Positions 48,233-61,720 of a stretch of DNA of 64,000 bases are shown piece by piece. This DNA comes from Octopus sinensis (Eukaryota), in NCBI RefSeq assembly GCF_006345805.1, contig NC_043014.1, positions 15,500,001 through 15,564,000 on the forward strand. Direction: 5' to 3'. A model generated the notes under the pieces. The model was not told the origin of the DNA. It did no database searches and saw nothing but the letters and a program-made list of their open reading frames with translations. Positions within the stretch are counted from its first letter, which is position 1. Every line of letters starts with the position of its first letter. Made by a program: the position numbers and the translations under genes.

Positions 48233-49759
48233 TATTGGGTTGTCCGGAAAGTTCATGCTGATTTTTAAGGGAAATTAAAAGACAAAACAAAATTATGCCA
48301 TTAAATATTTACTCGACTAAATATGAACCACTTCATTACACAACCTTTCTCCATCTTTCCTTCAGCTTAAAGATTCTGTCTTCCCAGAATTTCAGTGGTT
48401 TCTTGGCAAAGAACTCATTAAGGTGGGTTTTTTTATGTCCACCAAAAAATTCAAAATTTTACCATTGAGACTATTTTGCAAGGACCTGAATAAATGAAAA
48501 TCCAAAGGAGCAAAGTCTGGTGAATATGGCAGGTGGGATAACACATCCCAGCCAAGCTGCAGCAACTTTTGATGGATCACCAAAACATGAGGTCTAGCAT
48601 TATCCTGATGGAAAACAACACCTCTCCTGTTTGCCAATTCTGGGTGTTTTTCTTGAATTGTTGCCTTTAAATCGTCCAGTTGTGAGCAGTACTTCTCAGA
48701 ATTAATTGACTGGTTATTTGGCAGAAACTCATAGTAGAGGATTCCTTTCCAATCCCACAAGATGCAGTGCATGACTTTCTTAGGCTGAAGACCAGCTTTT
48801 GGGGTGGCTAAAGGTGGCTCATGTCGCTTACCCCAGGATCTTTTTCACTGAACATTATTGTAAACAATCCATTTCTTATCACACATCACAACTTGCTTCA
48901 AAAAGGGTCCATTTCCATTGCATTTATACAGCAAATCAAAGATAGAAATGTGATCCAAAAGATTCTTTTCACTCAGATCATGTGGTACCCAAAAACTGTG
49001 GTGATTCGAGTACCCAAGCTTCACTAAGTGCTCATGAATGGTGGATTTCGATAAATTTAGTGTTTCTGCCAATTCCCACATTGTGTAATGTGGGTTATTC
49101 TATTTCTTTACTACCCACAAGGGGCTAAACACTGAGGGGACAAACAAGGACAGACAAACGGATTAAGTTGATTACATCGGCCTCAGTGCGTAACTGGTAC
49201 TTAATTTATCGACCCTGAAAGGATGAAAGGCAAAGTCGACCTCGGCGGAATTTGAACTCAGAGCGTAACGGCAGACGAAATACGGCTACACATTTCGCCC
49301 AGCATGCTAATGTTTCTGCCAGCTCGCCGTCTTAATGTGGGTTATTCTCAATCAATGTCTTGAAGCAGTGGTGGTGGTGGTGGTGGTGGGGTTTTGCCTG
49401 AGTGTTCTTCATCAATAAGGTTGCAATCACCAATTCTAAACTTAGTGAACCACTTCTGTACAGTTCTGTCAGCTAAAGCACCTTAACTATACACAGCTGG
49501 TTGCTTGCATGGCATTTTTGCCTTTAGGGTAATAAAAAAGGCATCAAGTGTCTAAAACGTACCTTATAATCTTCCATTTCCTTAGGGATGCAAAATTGAC
49601 TCAAATTAAGTAATTTTAAACTTTCTTTCTCAAGAGATAGCTTGAAGTGTGCAATAACCAGAAATGTAAGTATATTATGTGTTGATAAATTTGACATGTT
49701 CTAACGTGTTGGAACATGAACAACTAAAAATCAGCATGAACATTCCGGACAATCCAATA
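48233..49759 (-). mobile_element. Full-length mariner (mellifera-like) with ~35-bp TIRs; transposase pseudogenised
   Basis: TIR tattgggttgtccggaaagttcatgctgattttta mirrored at 49725-49759; WDWKGILYYEFLP, FHQDNARPH, PYSPDFAPLDFHLFRSLQN; ~1.28 kb without the SINE. Confidence 0.93.
49102..49332 (-). mobile_element. SINE family B inserted in mariner, 16-bp TSD
   Basis: taatgtgggttattct at 49086-49101 and 49333-49348. Confidence 0.93.
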
Positions 49760-49777
49760 AAAATAAACAATCATGTA

Positions 49778-50217
49778 GGTGCAGGTTGTGTAGTAAGAAG
49801 CTTGCTTCCCAACCACGTGGTTCTGGGTTCAGTCCCACTGAATAGCACCTTGGGAAAATGTCTTCTACTATAGCCTAAGGCTGAGCAAAGCGTTGTGAGT
49901 GGATTTGGTAGATGGAAACTGAAAGAAACTGAAAGAAGCCTGTCGTATATTCACATGTATACATACATATGTGTGTATGTGTGTGTATGCGTGGGTGTCT
50001 TTGAGTCTATGTTTGTCCCGCCTACCATTGTTTGACACCTGATGTTGGTGTGTTTACATCCCTGTAACTTAGCAGTTCAGCAAAAGAGACCAGTAGAATA
50101 AGTACTAGGCCTATAACGAATAAGTCCTGGGGTTGATTTCTTCGACAAAAAAATAAAACCCATTAAGATGGTGCTCCAGTATGGCCACAGTCAAATGACT
50201 GAAACAAGGTAAAAGAA
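49778..50217 (+). mobile_element. SINE family A, full copy
   Basis: Homology to other copies. Confidence 0.88.
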
Positions 50218-50439
50218 TAAACATTGCCTTTGACAGAGAAATCTGAATGTTAAAGAGTTAAATAACATGCAAAATCCATCCGAGAAACTTTTATGTAGCT
50301 TCTGTCCACCTGATTTCACTGGAAAGGGTTTGGGTTGATCCAAAGGCACTAATCCGAATTAAATATGTGTTATGAGGATGCAGGTTCAATCTCACAGCAT
50401 GGCATCAAACCAGGATCTGGAACTAAAGCCATTAAAATA

Positions 50440-50895
50440 ACCTTTGTTTGTTTCAGTCATTGGACTGCAGCCCTGTTGGGGCACCATTTTCGAGTGTTTT
50501 GTCAACCAAATCAACTCCAGTACTAATTTTTTCCTAAAGTTTGTTACTTATTGTTTTATTGGTCTCTTTTGCTGAACTGCTAGGTTATTGAGACATAAGC
50601 AAATCAACATTAGTTGTCAAGGGATGGAAGGAGACAAGCACAAAGACATACACAAACACATTCACACACACACATATACACAAACACACGCATACATACA
50701 AACACACATGCATATAAACATATCTATGTATACTTACATACGTATACATGATGGGCTTCCATACAGTTTCTGTTTGCCAAAATTACTCACAAGGTACTGG
50801 TTGACCCAGGGCTGTTGTAGAAGACACTTACCCAAAGTGCTGAACAGTGGAACTGAACCTGAAACCTTGTGGTTGGAAAGCAAGCTAATTACATT
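50440..50895 (-). mobile_element. SINE family A, diverged
   Basis: Homology to other copies. Confidence 0.75.
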
Positions 50896-51247
50896 TTACC
50901 ACTTTTGATAAACCATTATAGACAAAATCAAACCCTCATTAGCCTTAATTATTGTATTGGGTGAATAGTTACTAGGATTGTGCAGAAAAACATCCTCAAC
51001 ATTCTGACCAATGTTACCCCTATGTCCTTCCATAGAATAGCAAGTAGAGAAGATGGATGATTGGATGGTGCAGACATGGTTGTATGGCTAAGAAGCTTGC
51101 TTTGCAAACGTGTAGTTTCAGGTTCAGTCTCACTGCTATACACTTTGGAAAAGTGTCTTTTACTATAGCACTGGTCCAACCAATGCTTTGTGAATCAATT
51201 AGATAGATGAAAACTGTGTCGAAGCCCATCATATATATATATACATA

Positions 51248-51398
51248 CAGTTGTGGCCAAAAATTTGGAACATTTTCTAAAAAATTAAAATTGTTATACC
51301 CAAGTACAATTCAGTTCAAATATATACGTTTATATTTGGGCATTTAATATAAAAATTCTAATTTTCAGACCTATGTTCCAAACTTTTGGCTACAACAG
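51248..51398. mobile_element. Tc1-like MITE, ~26-bp TIRs
   Basis: cagttgtggccaaaaatttggaacat / atgttccaaacttttggctacaacag, preceded by TA. Confidence 0.8.
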
Positions 51399-51644
51399 TG
51401 TGTGTGTCTTTCTCTCCCTCTCTCTTTCTCACTCTCTCCCTCTGTGGATCATTGGCGATTTTTTCCTCAGTCTTCCTTTTCTCTTAGACTTTCCTCTGTC
51501 TCCTGTTCCTGACGAAGAGCTTTGCTTGAAACATCAAACTACTTTTCTTTCCTTCCCTGAGCGTCTGCTAATACTTTGCATGTGCCACGTCCTTGCATTG
51601 TTGTTTTTCCTTCATTTTTTTTTTATTAATTATATATATATGTG

Positions 51645-51890
51645 GAGGTACGTGGCTTAGTGGTTAGGGTGTCAGCATCATGATTGTAAGATTGTGGTTT
51701 CGATTCCTGGACAGGGCGATGCATTGTGTTCTTGAGCAAAACACTTCATTTCACATTGCTCCAGTTCACTCAGCTAACAAAAATGAGTAATGTTGCGATG
51801 GACTGGTGTCCTGTCCAGCTGGGGAACACATACGCCATAGAAACCGGGAAACCGGGTCCATGAGCCTGGCTAGGCTTTAAAAGAGCACAA
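51645..51890 (+). mobile_element. SINE family C variant
   Basis: tggcttagtggttagg...ggtttcgattcc...gtgttcttgagcaaaacac; same tail as 62244. Confidence 0.8.
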
Positions 51891-51898
51891 AAAAAAAT

Positions 51899-51929
<31 letters not shown>

Positions 51930-52470
51930 CTTTGTACCTTTCCTCTCTTACTACATGACAACAAGTGCCAGTTTGTTTACATCTTCATAACATAACAGCT
52001 TGACAAAAGAGGCTGACGGAATAAGAACCAGACTTACAAAAACAAACAAACAAACAAACAAAACATAAGTACTGAGGCCAATTTGTTCAACTAAACTCTT
52101 CAAGGTGGTTCCAAAGCACGGCTGCCATCCAATGACTGAAACAAGTAAAAGATAAAAAAAAAACTACTCATGAAGACATACAAACACTAAAACAAGAACA
52201 TATTTTCCATCCCCAGTCCTTCTTCGAAAGCAGCTGTATTAAGCTGTTTAAGTCTGGTGCAAAGTGTGTATATATGTAGATTAAAGCCTAGAGCATTTTT
52301 GTATCTAATACTCTCAGGTGTTAGAGAGACAAGGGGTGGGAGCTTTAAGATACAGAACTGACTAATGATACTCAGTTAAGTGTAACAGAAGTCAATTACA
52401 AAGTCAGATATCACCTCGTTTTTCTTGCTTTCCATCTCTTCTGTGTATTTTACGCAAACACACATGTGAG

Positions 52471-52505
<35 letters not shown>

Positions 52506-53009
52506 ACATGTATAGATGTATGTATTTATACACACAAACACACTCTACATAGCTGATAAATATATTCTAATGCTTACCACTTTGTACACTTCCTTGCTAA
52601 TGTAATATAATATTATATACACACAAACATACATACACACACACATGTACACACACACACATGTACGCACACACACACATGCAGACACATACACACAACA
52701 CACACACTCATTCCAATTGCAGTCTGCAACTTTCTCATATATTTTACAAATGGTAATGCCATTGAAAACCATATATCATCATCACCACCACCATCATCAT
52801 ATCATCATTATTACCACCACCACCACCACCAATATTGTCATCATCATCATCATATCATCATTACCACCACCGCCACCACAACCACCACCACAATCATCAT
52901 TATTGTCATCATTACTTAACATCTGTTTTCTAAGCTGGCATGCGTTGGACAGTTCAGTGGAAGTCGGCAACCCAGGGGATTGCATCAAGTTCTAATGTCT
53001 GTTTTGGCA

Positions 53010-53405
53010 TGTGACCATAGCTGTGGGGATAAGAGGCTCTCTTTGTAACAATGTGGTTTCAGGTTCAGTTCCAGAGTGCAGCAGCTTGTGCAAATGTCTT
53101 CTACTATGGCCCTGGGCAGACCAGTGTCTAGTGAGTGAATCTAGTAGACAGAAACATGATTTTTATGGGCAGATACCCGTCTTAATGCCACCCACATATG
53201 TTACAGTGGCCATCCCCACTCCCCGGACTACTAAATTATCTCTCTCTGTGCATTACATCTGTTTCTGTCTACTAGATTCATTCACAAGGCATTGGTCTGC
53301 CCAGGGCCATAATAGAAGACACTTGAGCAAGGTGCTGCACTGTGGGACTGAACCTGAAGCCACATTGTTCAAAGAGAGCTTCTTATCTCCACAGCCATGC
53401 TCACG
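53010..53405. mobile_element. Two diverged SINE A heads in inverted orientation
   Basis: 53010-53160 (+) and 53240-53405 (-). Confidence 0.75.
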
Positions 53406-53754
53406 TAGGTTGAACAGGTCCTTTCCAACACATTGTTTTGCCATTTGTTGTATTCTTTCCTATCTTCTTTGTGAGGGTTGAATGTTCTGATATCAGCTTT
53501 CACTGCATTTGTCCATGTCTTCCTTGATCTTCCTCTGCTACAAATTCCTTTGGCACATACATACATGTGTGTGCATGTGTGAGTGCATATGCTTGTGTGT
53601 GTGCACATGTACATGATTCTTTTATTGTTCAGCATGCACATTCTTTGAAGGAATTTAATCTCACTGATTTCGTTGAAAAAATAGGAATGCAAAAATCCTT
53701 TATTTCTTTCTCAACATTTTGGGCCTGTCTCCTTTTCAAATTTAACAAGCTTCA

Positions 53755-54000
53755 TGTGCAGCAATACTGCAGTATGCACATATAGTGATCTATTGAGAAT
53801 GTGTTGCAACAGTGCAATATATGCAGGACATGACATGTTGAGACATTGGTGCAGTTCTGCAGAATGTGCAGCCCATAACATGTTGAGAAAGTGGTGCAAT
53901 AATGAAAATGTGCAGCTGATAACATGTTGCAAGAGTGTGGTGCAGTCCTACAGAATATGCAGCTTGGCATATGTTAGCAGTGTGATATGCACTCACTGCC
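53755..54000. repeat. Degenerate ~43-bp minisatellite
   Basis: Recurring at(g/a)tgcag...catgttg...gtggtgca. Confidence 0.6.
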
Positions 54001-55194
54001 ATTCTGTATTAAGTCTTCGGTCAAGGACCAATTGAGTGAGAGGCAAGGACTACTGCAGTAATACCAGACAAACTGCACATTATACTATGCAGCTGATGCA
54101 CAACTGGTGTAATATAATAAAACACAGATGCAAGAGTGAGAGAAAAAGAAGCAGAGCACAGCATGCATGCAGCATGCTGCACAGTACAAGATAAGCACTA
54201 CATCACCCTCTGTCAAATAACACAGTGTAATTCTATACAGAAGGCAGATAGTAGCACAGTAATAATCAACAAGGGAGCTTCTGTATGGTTACTCAAATGC
54301 TAGAAATAACAGTCAAACATTCTACCATTATCAAAACAGAAGAAAATACACATTGAATATGAATATGGTCTCTTCTGTGTAAAAACAGTGGATGGTCATG
54401 ACAGGATTGTTATTGACCCCAAGCCTGCTGCATCAGGGCAGATAGGGGTTAAATAATACTGCTTAGCTCCAAACATTTTGTAGATTGCATGATTAAGAGC
54501 TATATCTTTTATTTTTGATTAATATCACCTGTTCTTGTACATGTGTAAGCGTGTAAACATGTATGCACACATGTGTGTGTATATGTATGCATACATGTAT
54601 TTATATATATGTACATATAATATTTGCTCATTCAGTTATGACTAAATGACTGAGGAGGTCATTATGTAATATGCATTATATAGTGGACATAATGATATCA
54701 TTATTCTCATCCATGTCTTCATGCATGATATTAGATTTATCACCTATACGTTGCTGAAATGATTGTAGATGTAATACCAGCAATTCTATTCTTTACTTAT
54801 ATATTATATACTAGTGACAGAGGAAGTGTTAATACTGAAAGATAATATTTATTCCTACTTAAAGGTGGATGTTCCATTGGAACAAACCATACTGTGGTAG
54901 ATACCATGAGAGAAACTATCATATAGGCTTTTGGTGCTAAATGCATGCTTGTTTATATCACTAGCAGTTAAGCTTCAATCACTGATGAGAACAAAGAAGG
55001 TTGAAACCATGTGATCTGGTGGTCTCAGTGCTGGATTTGGAGGAGATTTATCTCCCCACTAGCAATATAAACAAGCATGCATTTTGTACCAAAAGTTTAT
55101 ATGTGAGTTTTCTCTCATGGTATCTACCACAGTGATATTTGTTCTAACAAAATATCCACATTTAAGTGGGAATGAATAATACCTATTCTTTTAT

Positions 55195-55825
55195 TTTTAC
55201 TCTTTTACTTGTTTCAGTCATTTTACTGCGGCCATGCTGGAATACTGCATTGAAAGATTTTCTTTTGTCGAAAAATTTGACCCCAGGACTTATTTTTTAG
55301 GCCTAGTATTTATTCTATTGGTCTCTTTGCTGAATAGTTAAGTTACAGGGATGTCAACACACCAACACTTGTTGTCAAGTGATGATGGGGTGACAAACAC
55401 AAAGGCACACACACACACACATATGGTGGGCTTCTTTCAGTTTCTTATTTTTTCATTGCCCACAAGGGGTTATACATAGAGGGGACAAACAAGGACAGGC
55501 AAAGAGATTAAGTCGATTACATCGACCCCAGTGTGTAACTGGTCCTTAATTTATCAACCCTGAAAGGATGAAAGGCAAAGTCGACCTCGGTGGAATTTGA
55601 ACTCAGAATGCAGTGGCAGATGAAATACCACAAAGTATTTCGCCCGGTGTGCTAACGAATCTGCCAGCTCACCAGCTTCTTTCAGTTTCTGTCACCAAAT
55701 CCATTCACAAGGGTTTGGTTGGCCTGAAGATAGTAGAAGACACTTGCCCAAAGTGCCATGCTGTGGGGCTGAACCCAGAACCATGTGGTTGAGAAGCAAG
55801 CTTCTTAACACCCAGTCACACCTGT
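55195..55825 (-). mobile_element. SINE family A split by a family B insertion
   Basis: 3' module 55195-55445; head 55675-55825. Confidence 0.85.
55446..55674 (-). mobile_element. SINE family B, 16-bp TSD
   Basis: gcttctttcagtttct at 55430-55445 and 55675-55690. Confidence 0.92.
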
Positions 55826-55920
55826 GCAATTTTTCATTGTACACATCCTTTGATTGTTATTGTTTTGTTCCATATTTTCAAGTTTTCTACACCATGGGTT
55901 TTAAATGTTTACCTTCATAT

Positions 55921-56190
55921 TCAGTGGAACTGCAGTTTATGAACACCTCTCATCGTGAATAACTTGGTTTATGGACAATTTTTCCAACATAAAATGTATT
56001 GGGTGATAAACTGTGTCTCCAGTGATGAACAGGCAACAAGGCAACAACAGTTGGCAACAAACTTGGAGAATAAGCAGAAGATGATGAGTTGCTGTTTAGC
56101 TTTCACTAAGTGCACATCCCTGCTCAAATTTGCCAAGCCTTTTCTTGAATTTCTCATGGGGAAAATAGCTTTGGTTTATGAACGCTTTGG
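55921..56190 (+). mobile_element. Possible pogo/Tigger-like MITE remnant
   Basis: cagtggaactgcagtttatgaac start, repeated gtttatg(a/g)ac subterminal motifs. Confidence 0.35.
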
Positions 56191-56383
56191 GTGACAAACA
56201 GCCTTCAGAAATGAATTATATTCATAAACCAAGATTCCACTGTATCAAATATTTATTTGAATCTTTCTTAACTTATGATCTTTTTTCATTTTACTTAGGT
56301 GTTCTGTCCATCCATCTATCCATCTATCTATTGATCTATCTATCTATCTGTCTGTCTGTCTATCTGTCTGTCTGTCTGTTTAC

Positions 56384-56423
<40 letters not shown>

Positions 56424-56724
56424 TTATCTATCAATCTAGCTATATATGTAAGGTGTGCGTGTGTGTGTGTATATATATCATCATCATCATTGCTCCAGTC
56501 CACTTAGCTAGCAAAATGAGTTGTACGTATTTCAAAGGGCCAGCCTTGTGACATTCTGTGTCAAGCAGAATCTCCCTGAGAACTACATTAAGGCTATGCA
56601 TATTTATGGAGTGCTCAGCCACTTGCATGTTAATTTCATGAGCAGGCTGTTCCATTGATCAGACCAACTGGAACAGCTGTTGTTGTAACCAACAGAGTGC
56701 CTGTTTTATTCATATAATCATTCC

Positions 56725-56945
56725 TATGAAGGGGTGCTGAAAAGCTCCTAGCTTCGGGTGAAAGAAAATACAGGAGGATCAATTAATTATGATTTTATCC
56801 AACGTATTCCCTTCTCAGATTCACACACTTTTTGTAGCAGTCCTTCAGTTTTTTAAAGCCCTGTAAAAGAGCTCAGAAGGCTGGTCCTCCAACCAGGCCT
56901 TTTGCAATACCTCTAAAGCCAGGAATTTTTCAGCACCCCCTCATG
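56725..56945. mobile_element. mariner-derived MITE (~220 bp)
   Basis: tatgaaggggtgctgaaaagctcctagctt / aaagccaggaatttttcagcaccccctcat. Confidence 0.85.
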
Positions 56946-57877
56946 TGTGTGTGTGTGTGTGTGTCTGTGTGTACACGTACACACACACATACAGACTCTC
57001 TTTCTCTCTCTTGCACACACACACAGACACACATACATACAGACTCTCTCTTGCACACACAAACACGCAAACACACACACACCTCAAGTAGTCACTCTGA
57101 CCTCTTGAAATGTAAATGTGTTAGTAGTGGAAAGGATACATGACGCTCTAGAGAAGACGATGTCTTTGTAAAAAGAAAGTGAGATTTGTACAGTAGAAGC
57201 ATGCAGGTTTTATATGACAAAATAAAAATGATAAATAACAAATACATAAAACTGTCTTGCTAACAACAACAACAGCAATAACAACAACAACAACCACCCT
57301 ATTTTGAAACTGTACAAGACATTTTATGGTTAATGTCACCATCTATCCTCTCATATGTCTCGTTTGCATGGTGCTAGATTTTTATTCGATAAGAGCTATA
57401 CAATACTTGGGAGGTGAACACTGAAGCTGGGAAGGAACTGAAATCAGGTTCAAAACTGAATCACAGACAAGATCAGCTCAATTAGAAAAGGGACAGAAAA
57501 TTCATTTGTATCTTCTTTTTATGTTTTGCTTGTTTCTGTCATTGGAGCAGTGCCTTGAAGGGTTTTAGTTGAATAAACGGCCCCAGTACTTATGTTTTCT
57601 TCTGGGTGTGTGTGTGTGTGTGGTGTGTCTTTTTTTTTATTCCATTGGTCCCTTTTACTGAACTACTAAGTCACAAAGACATAAACAAACTGACACTGGT
57701 TGTCAAGTGGAGAGAGGAGAGGCAGATTACAAACACGGAGACACACACAGAGATACACAGATATATATGCATACGTAGATACATACATACATACATACAT
57801 ACATACATACATACATACATACATACATACATACATACATACATACATACATGCATGCATATATATATATATATACA

Positions 57878-59400
57878 TTAGAGTGGCCCTTAGCAATAGG
57901 TAATTTTCCGAAAGTTAAAATTTTGCTGCTCCCACCCCCTAATCCTGTTCCAATAAACAAAACAGCAGGATGTGCAAGATTTCAGCTTAATCAGACAACT
58001 GCTAGGCAACCCTCAAACACCTTGAAGTTGGAACATAGTATATACAACGATTAATTCTGTTCAAAAGTGGTATACTGTTCCCTTTCTTGACCACTTTCTT
58101 TTTTTCTTCTTAGAGAAATTTATGTGGACACATCCAGGCAACCCTAACAGCTTAGAAAATTCCTATTTTTAAAATCTTACAATGTGAGATATTCATCAAC
58201 AGTACTTTGGATGTTGAAAGGTCTTTGCTGAGAAAATTGGTGCCAACAGAAAATCTCGTGAAGAAAGTTTTTGTACCAGGAGTTACAAAAGACGAAAACT
58301 CAATGTTTGTAAAGGAAGAAAAGTCATTTTGGTGCAGAATGTACCTCTTCAGTTCATCTTTCTTTTCTTTCTCTTCTTCACCTGTGTCTTCTTGAGCAAT
58401 ATTTACCTTCACCTGTGTTGGAACATTATTATCAAATATGGATAGAACCACAGTTTCGGGAGCTGAGTACCAGAGATGGTTGGAAAATTTCTTTGCAGCA
58501 GCCTTACTGATATCTGGATCAATATCCTGATAATTTATCAGTTGGCACATGAATAGGAAATTATGATAAGGTGCTTTAATTACTTCTGATGACAGAAGTA
58601 ATTACACTTGAGCAAGAAAAATACATATTCTTCTTAAAGAGTGCTTTTCCCTTGGAAATAACTGAAATTGATCTTGAAACAGGTATATCTTGAATGCACA
58701 AATTGCTTTTGACATCCACTTAGCATGACTTACAGCTCCTGGTGTACGAAACAATATCCTGTTCTTCAGAATGCTGCCAAGAAAGACCATCATTAACTCC
58801 AACAATTCTTGGTAATCATTTCGTTATTGTTTCTGCATAGAGAGGTGGTATTCAAGAAATCCAAGAATGGTAGAATGGACATCATCAGACACTTCATTGC
58901 TACCAGTAATGTAAACCCTCTTGTTAAGATTTATCCAGAAATCTTTTGAAAAACGCTATGTCTGGACCCATCAGTGAGTCAAAACAGCTCCTAAAAACCA
59001 TCTCAAAAATACAATGACAGCAAGGGAAGTACAACAGGTCATGATTGAACAATTTTTCTAGATTTGTACAAGCACCATTTACTCAACCTGTGTTGCTTGC
59101 TGTCGTATCACAGCAAAGTGCCTGAAATTTGTTGGTTATACCCCACTTCTCCACTGCTTGGTAAACAGCCATAGCTTGCTGTTCTCCTGAAGATGTTGGA
59201 ATTTCAGAGACTCCCAACAATTGCTCCTTGCCTTGAAAAGTTATATTGTCAGTCTATCAACCTTTTCAACGCCTGTGAGTGCTGGGAACAGCTTTCCATC
59301 CCAGGGCAACACTAATTCTTGACAGTCGTTTAGGTTAAATTTGTGCTGTATTTCTGTGTGTCTTGCTTCTCTAAATTTTGTTCTAAGGCATTGATAATAA
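57878..59400 (-). mobile_element. hAT-superfamily (hATm-like) transposase pseudogene
   Basis: WDGKL, DRL, EQLLGV, CCDTTASNTG..NGAC, NDYQELLEL, PGAVSHAKWMSKAI, KKFSNHLWY; terminus tagagtggccc. Confidence 0.7.
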
Positions 59401-59561
59401 GTATACAAAGCATATAGCATTATAAAATGGAGAGGTTATAAACATGGTATTACAATTTTGTTAGGGCTACCAACACAACAGGGAAAGATCTATATCATAA
59501 TGCTCTGCAACAAAATGAATGAATGCTTACAAGTTATTATAAATAAATTAATTTTTATTAA

Positions 59562-59772
59562 ACTCTTTTGCCAAACCACTAAGTTACAGGGATGTAAACA
59601 CACCAATGCAGGTTGTCAAGCAATAGTGGGGGGACAAACACAGACACACAAATGCATGCATCCATGCATGCATGCATGCATACATACATACATACATACA
59701 TACATACATACATACATACATACATACATACATACATACATACATACATACATACATACATACATACATACA

Positions 59773-59806
<34 letters not shown>

Positions 59807-59998
59807 CATACATACATACATATATATATATATATACAATGGGCTTCTTTCAGTTTCTGTCTACCAAATTTATTTACAAGGCTTTGGTTGACCCGAGGTT
59901 ATAGTAGAAGACACTTGCCAAAAGTACCATGCAGGGGGACCGAACCCAGAACCATGGAATTGGGAAGCAAGCTTCTTACCACACAGTCACTCTTGCAC
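59562..59998 (-). mobile_element. SINE family A with expanded internal (TACA)n
   Basis: About 150 bp of (TACA)n between the two modules. Confidence 0.88.
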
Positions 59999-59999
59999 C

Positions 60000-60030
<31 letters not shown>

Positions 60031-60324
60031 GTGTGTGTGTGTGTGTGATGGGCTTTCACACAGTTTCCACCTATGGAATTAAATCACAAGGCATTGGTCT
60101 GCCTGGAGCAATAGTTGTAGTAGAAGCTTCCCAAGGGTGCTATGCAGTGGGATTGGACCTGAAAACCCTTGAGCACAAAGCAAGCTTCTTAACCACATGG
60201 CCATTCCTGAGATTAGAGATGATGGAAGGAGACTGAAGTCAGGGTTTAAAACTGAAAAATAAATAAAACCAATTCTGTAGAAAAATAGAAAAAAAAAATA
60301 TTGTTTTGTGTCTTTTTTCTATTA

Positions 60325-60720
60325 TTTCTTTCACTCATTAGACTGTGGCCATGCTGGGGCATCACTTTGAAAGGTTTTAGTTGAGCAAATAGACACTAGT
60401 ACATTATTTTATTTTTAAAGCTTAGCATCTATTCTATCAAAATCTTTTGTCAAACTGCTATGTTATGGGGATGTAAATAAACCAACACCAGTTATTGAGC
60501 AGTGGTCTGGGACAAAGACAAAGACATACATATAGGAACTTACACACACACACACACATGATAGATTCCCTCTAGTTTCAGTCTATCAAATCCACTCACA
60601 AAGCTTTGGTCAGCCCAGGGCTATAATGGAAGGCACTTGCCAAGGTACCACACAGTGGGACCGAATCTGAAACCAGATAGTTGAGGAGCAAACTTCTTAC
60701 CATGCAGCTATGCTTGCATC
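60325..60720 (-). mobile_element. SINE family A, diverged
   Basis: Homology to other copies. Confidence 0.75.
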
Positions 60721-61316
60721 TATTTAAAAAAACAAAAAAACAAACAAAAACCAAAAAAACACAAATATGGAACACTTCATGAATCTGCGTGTCATCCTTG
60801 CACAGGAAATAAAAAAAAAAAACAAGAAAGATGAGAAAATAAGAAAAAGAACTGCACTGCCATCACCTCCGCCCCAACCCTCACACACCAATATTTCTTG
60901 TAACATTTTGTCAACTACTTGACTTATTTTGGATGCAAACATTCTGTATATATTTTAAATTTCATGTGAAAGAAGAAAGCAATTTAATTATGAAACCCTA
61001 TATAGGAAAAGTCAGATTAAATGTTGTGTTTGTAATTAATTATGTAACTTTTTGATACTCTCTCAGCTGAAAAGATGATGTAAGAATGTCAGCATAGCTT
61101 AATAAAAATAGAAGCCAGACCTCCTGAGAGAGAAAAGCAATTCTGATCTTTGGTTTCCATCTGAGATCACTCCTCCTCCTCTTCCTCTCTCTCTCTCCTC
61201 CAGCCTCACTTCACCCCACCATCACTCCACTGTCTCACCGTTTCACCCTCCACCCTGTTATTTGTGTGTGTGTCAGCCTCATAATTCTTTTTTAAACTGT
61301 TTTAACATCTGTATCT

Positions 61317-61349
<33 letters not shown>

Positions 61350-61389
61350 CCATACGTTTAGCATGCATAAGGCTGGTTGACGGAGTGGT

Positions 61390-61720
61390 GGTTTTTCGAC
61401 TTACCAAGAATGAAAAAGAGATGATGATGATGATGACGACGACGATGTGGAGGAGAACAAGGAGGAGGAGGAAGATGATGACGGTGGTGATGATGATGTT
61501 GCTGATGATGGTGGAGATGATGATTATGATGATAATGAGGAGGAGGAGGATGGCGATGGTGATGATGATGTTGGCAATGATGATAATGATGGTGAATACT
61601 GATGATGATGAGGAAGACGAAGATGGTGATAATGATGATGGTGATAATGATGATGATGATGATGATGTTGAGATGGAGGAGGATGATGGTGATTGTGATA
61701 ATGGTGATGATGATTGTAAA
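61390..61720. repeat. (GAT/GAG)n triplet tract
   Basis: Direct reading. Confidence 0.9.
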
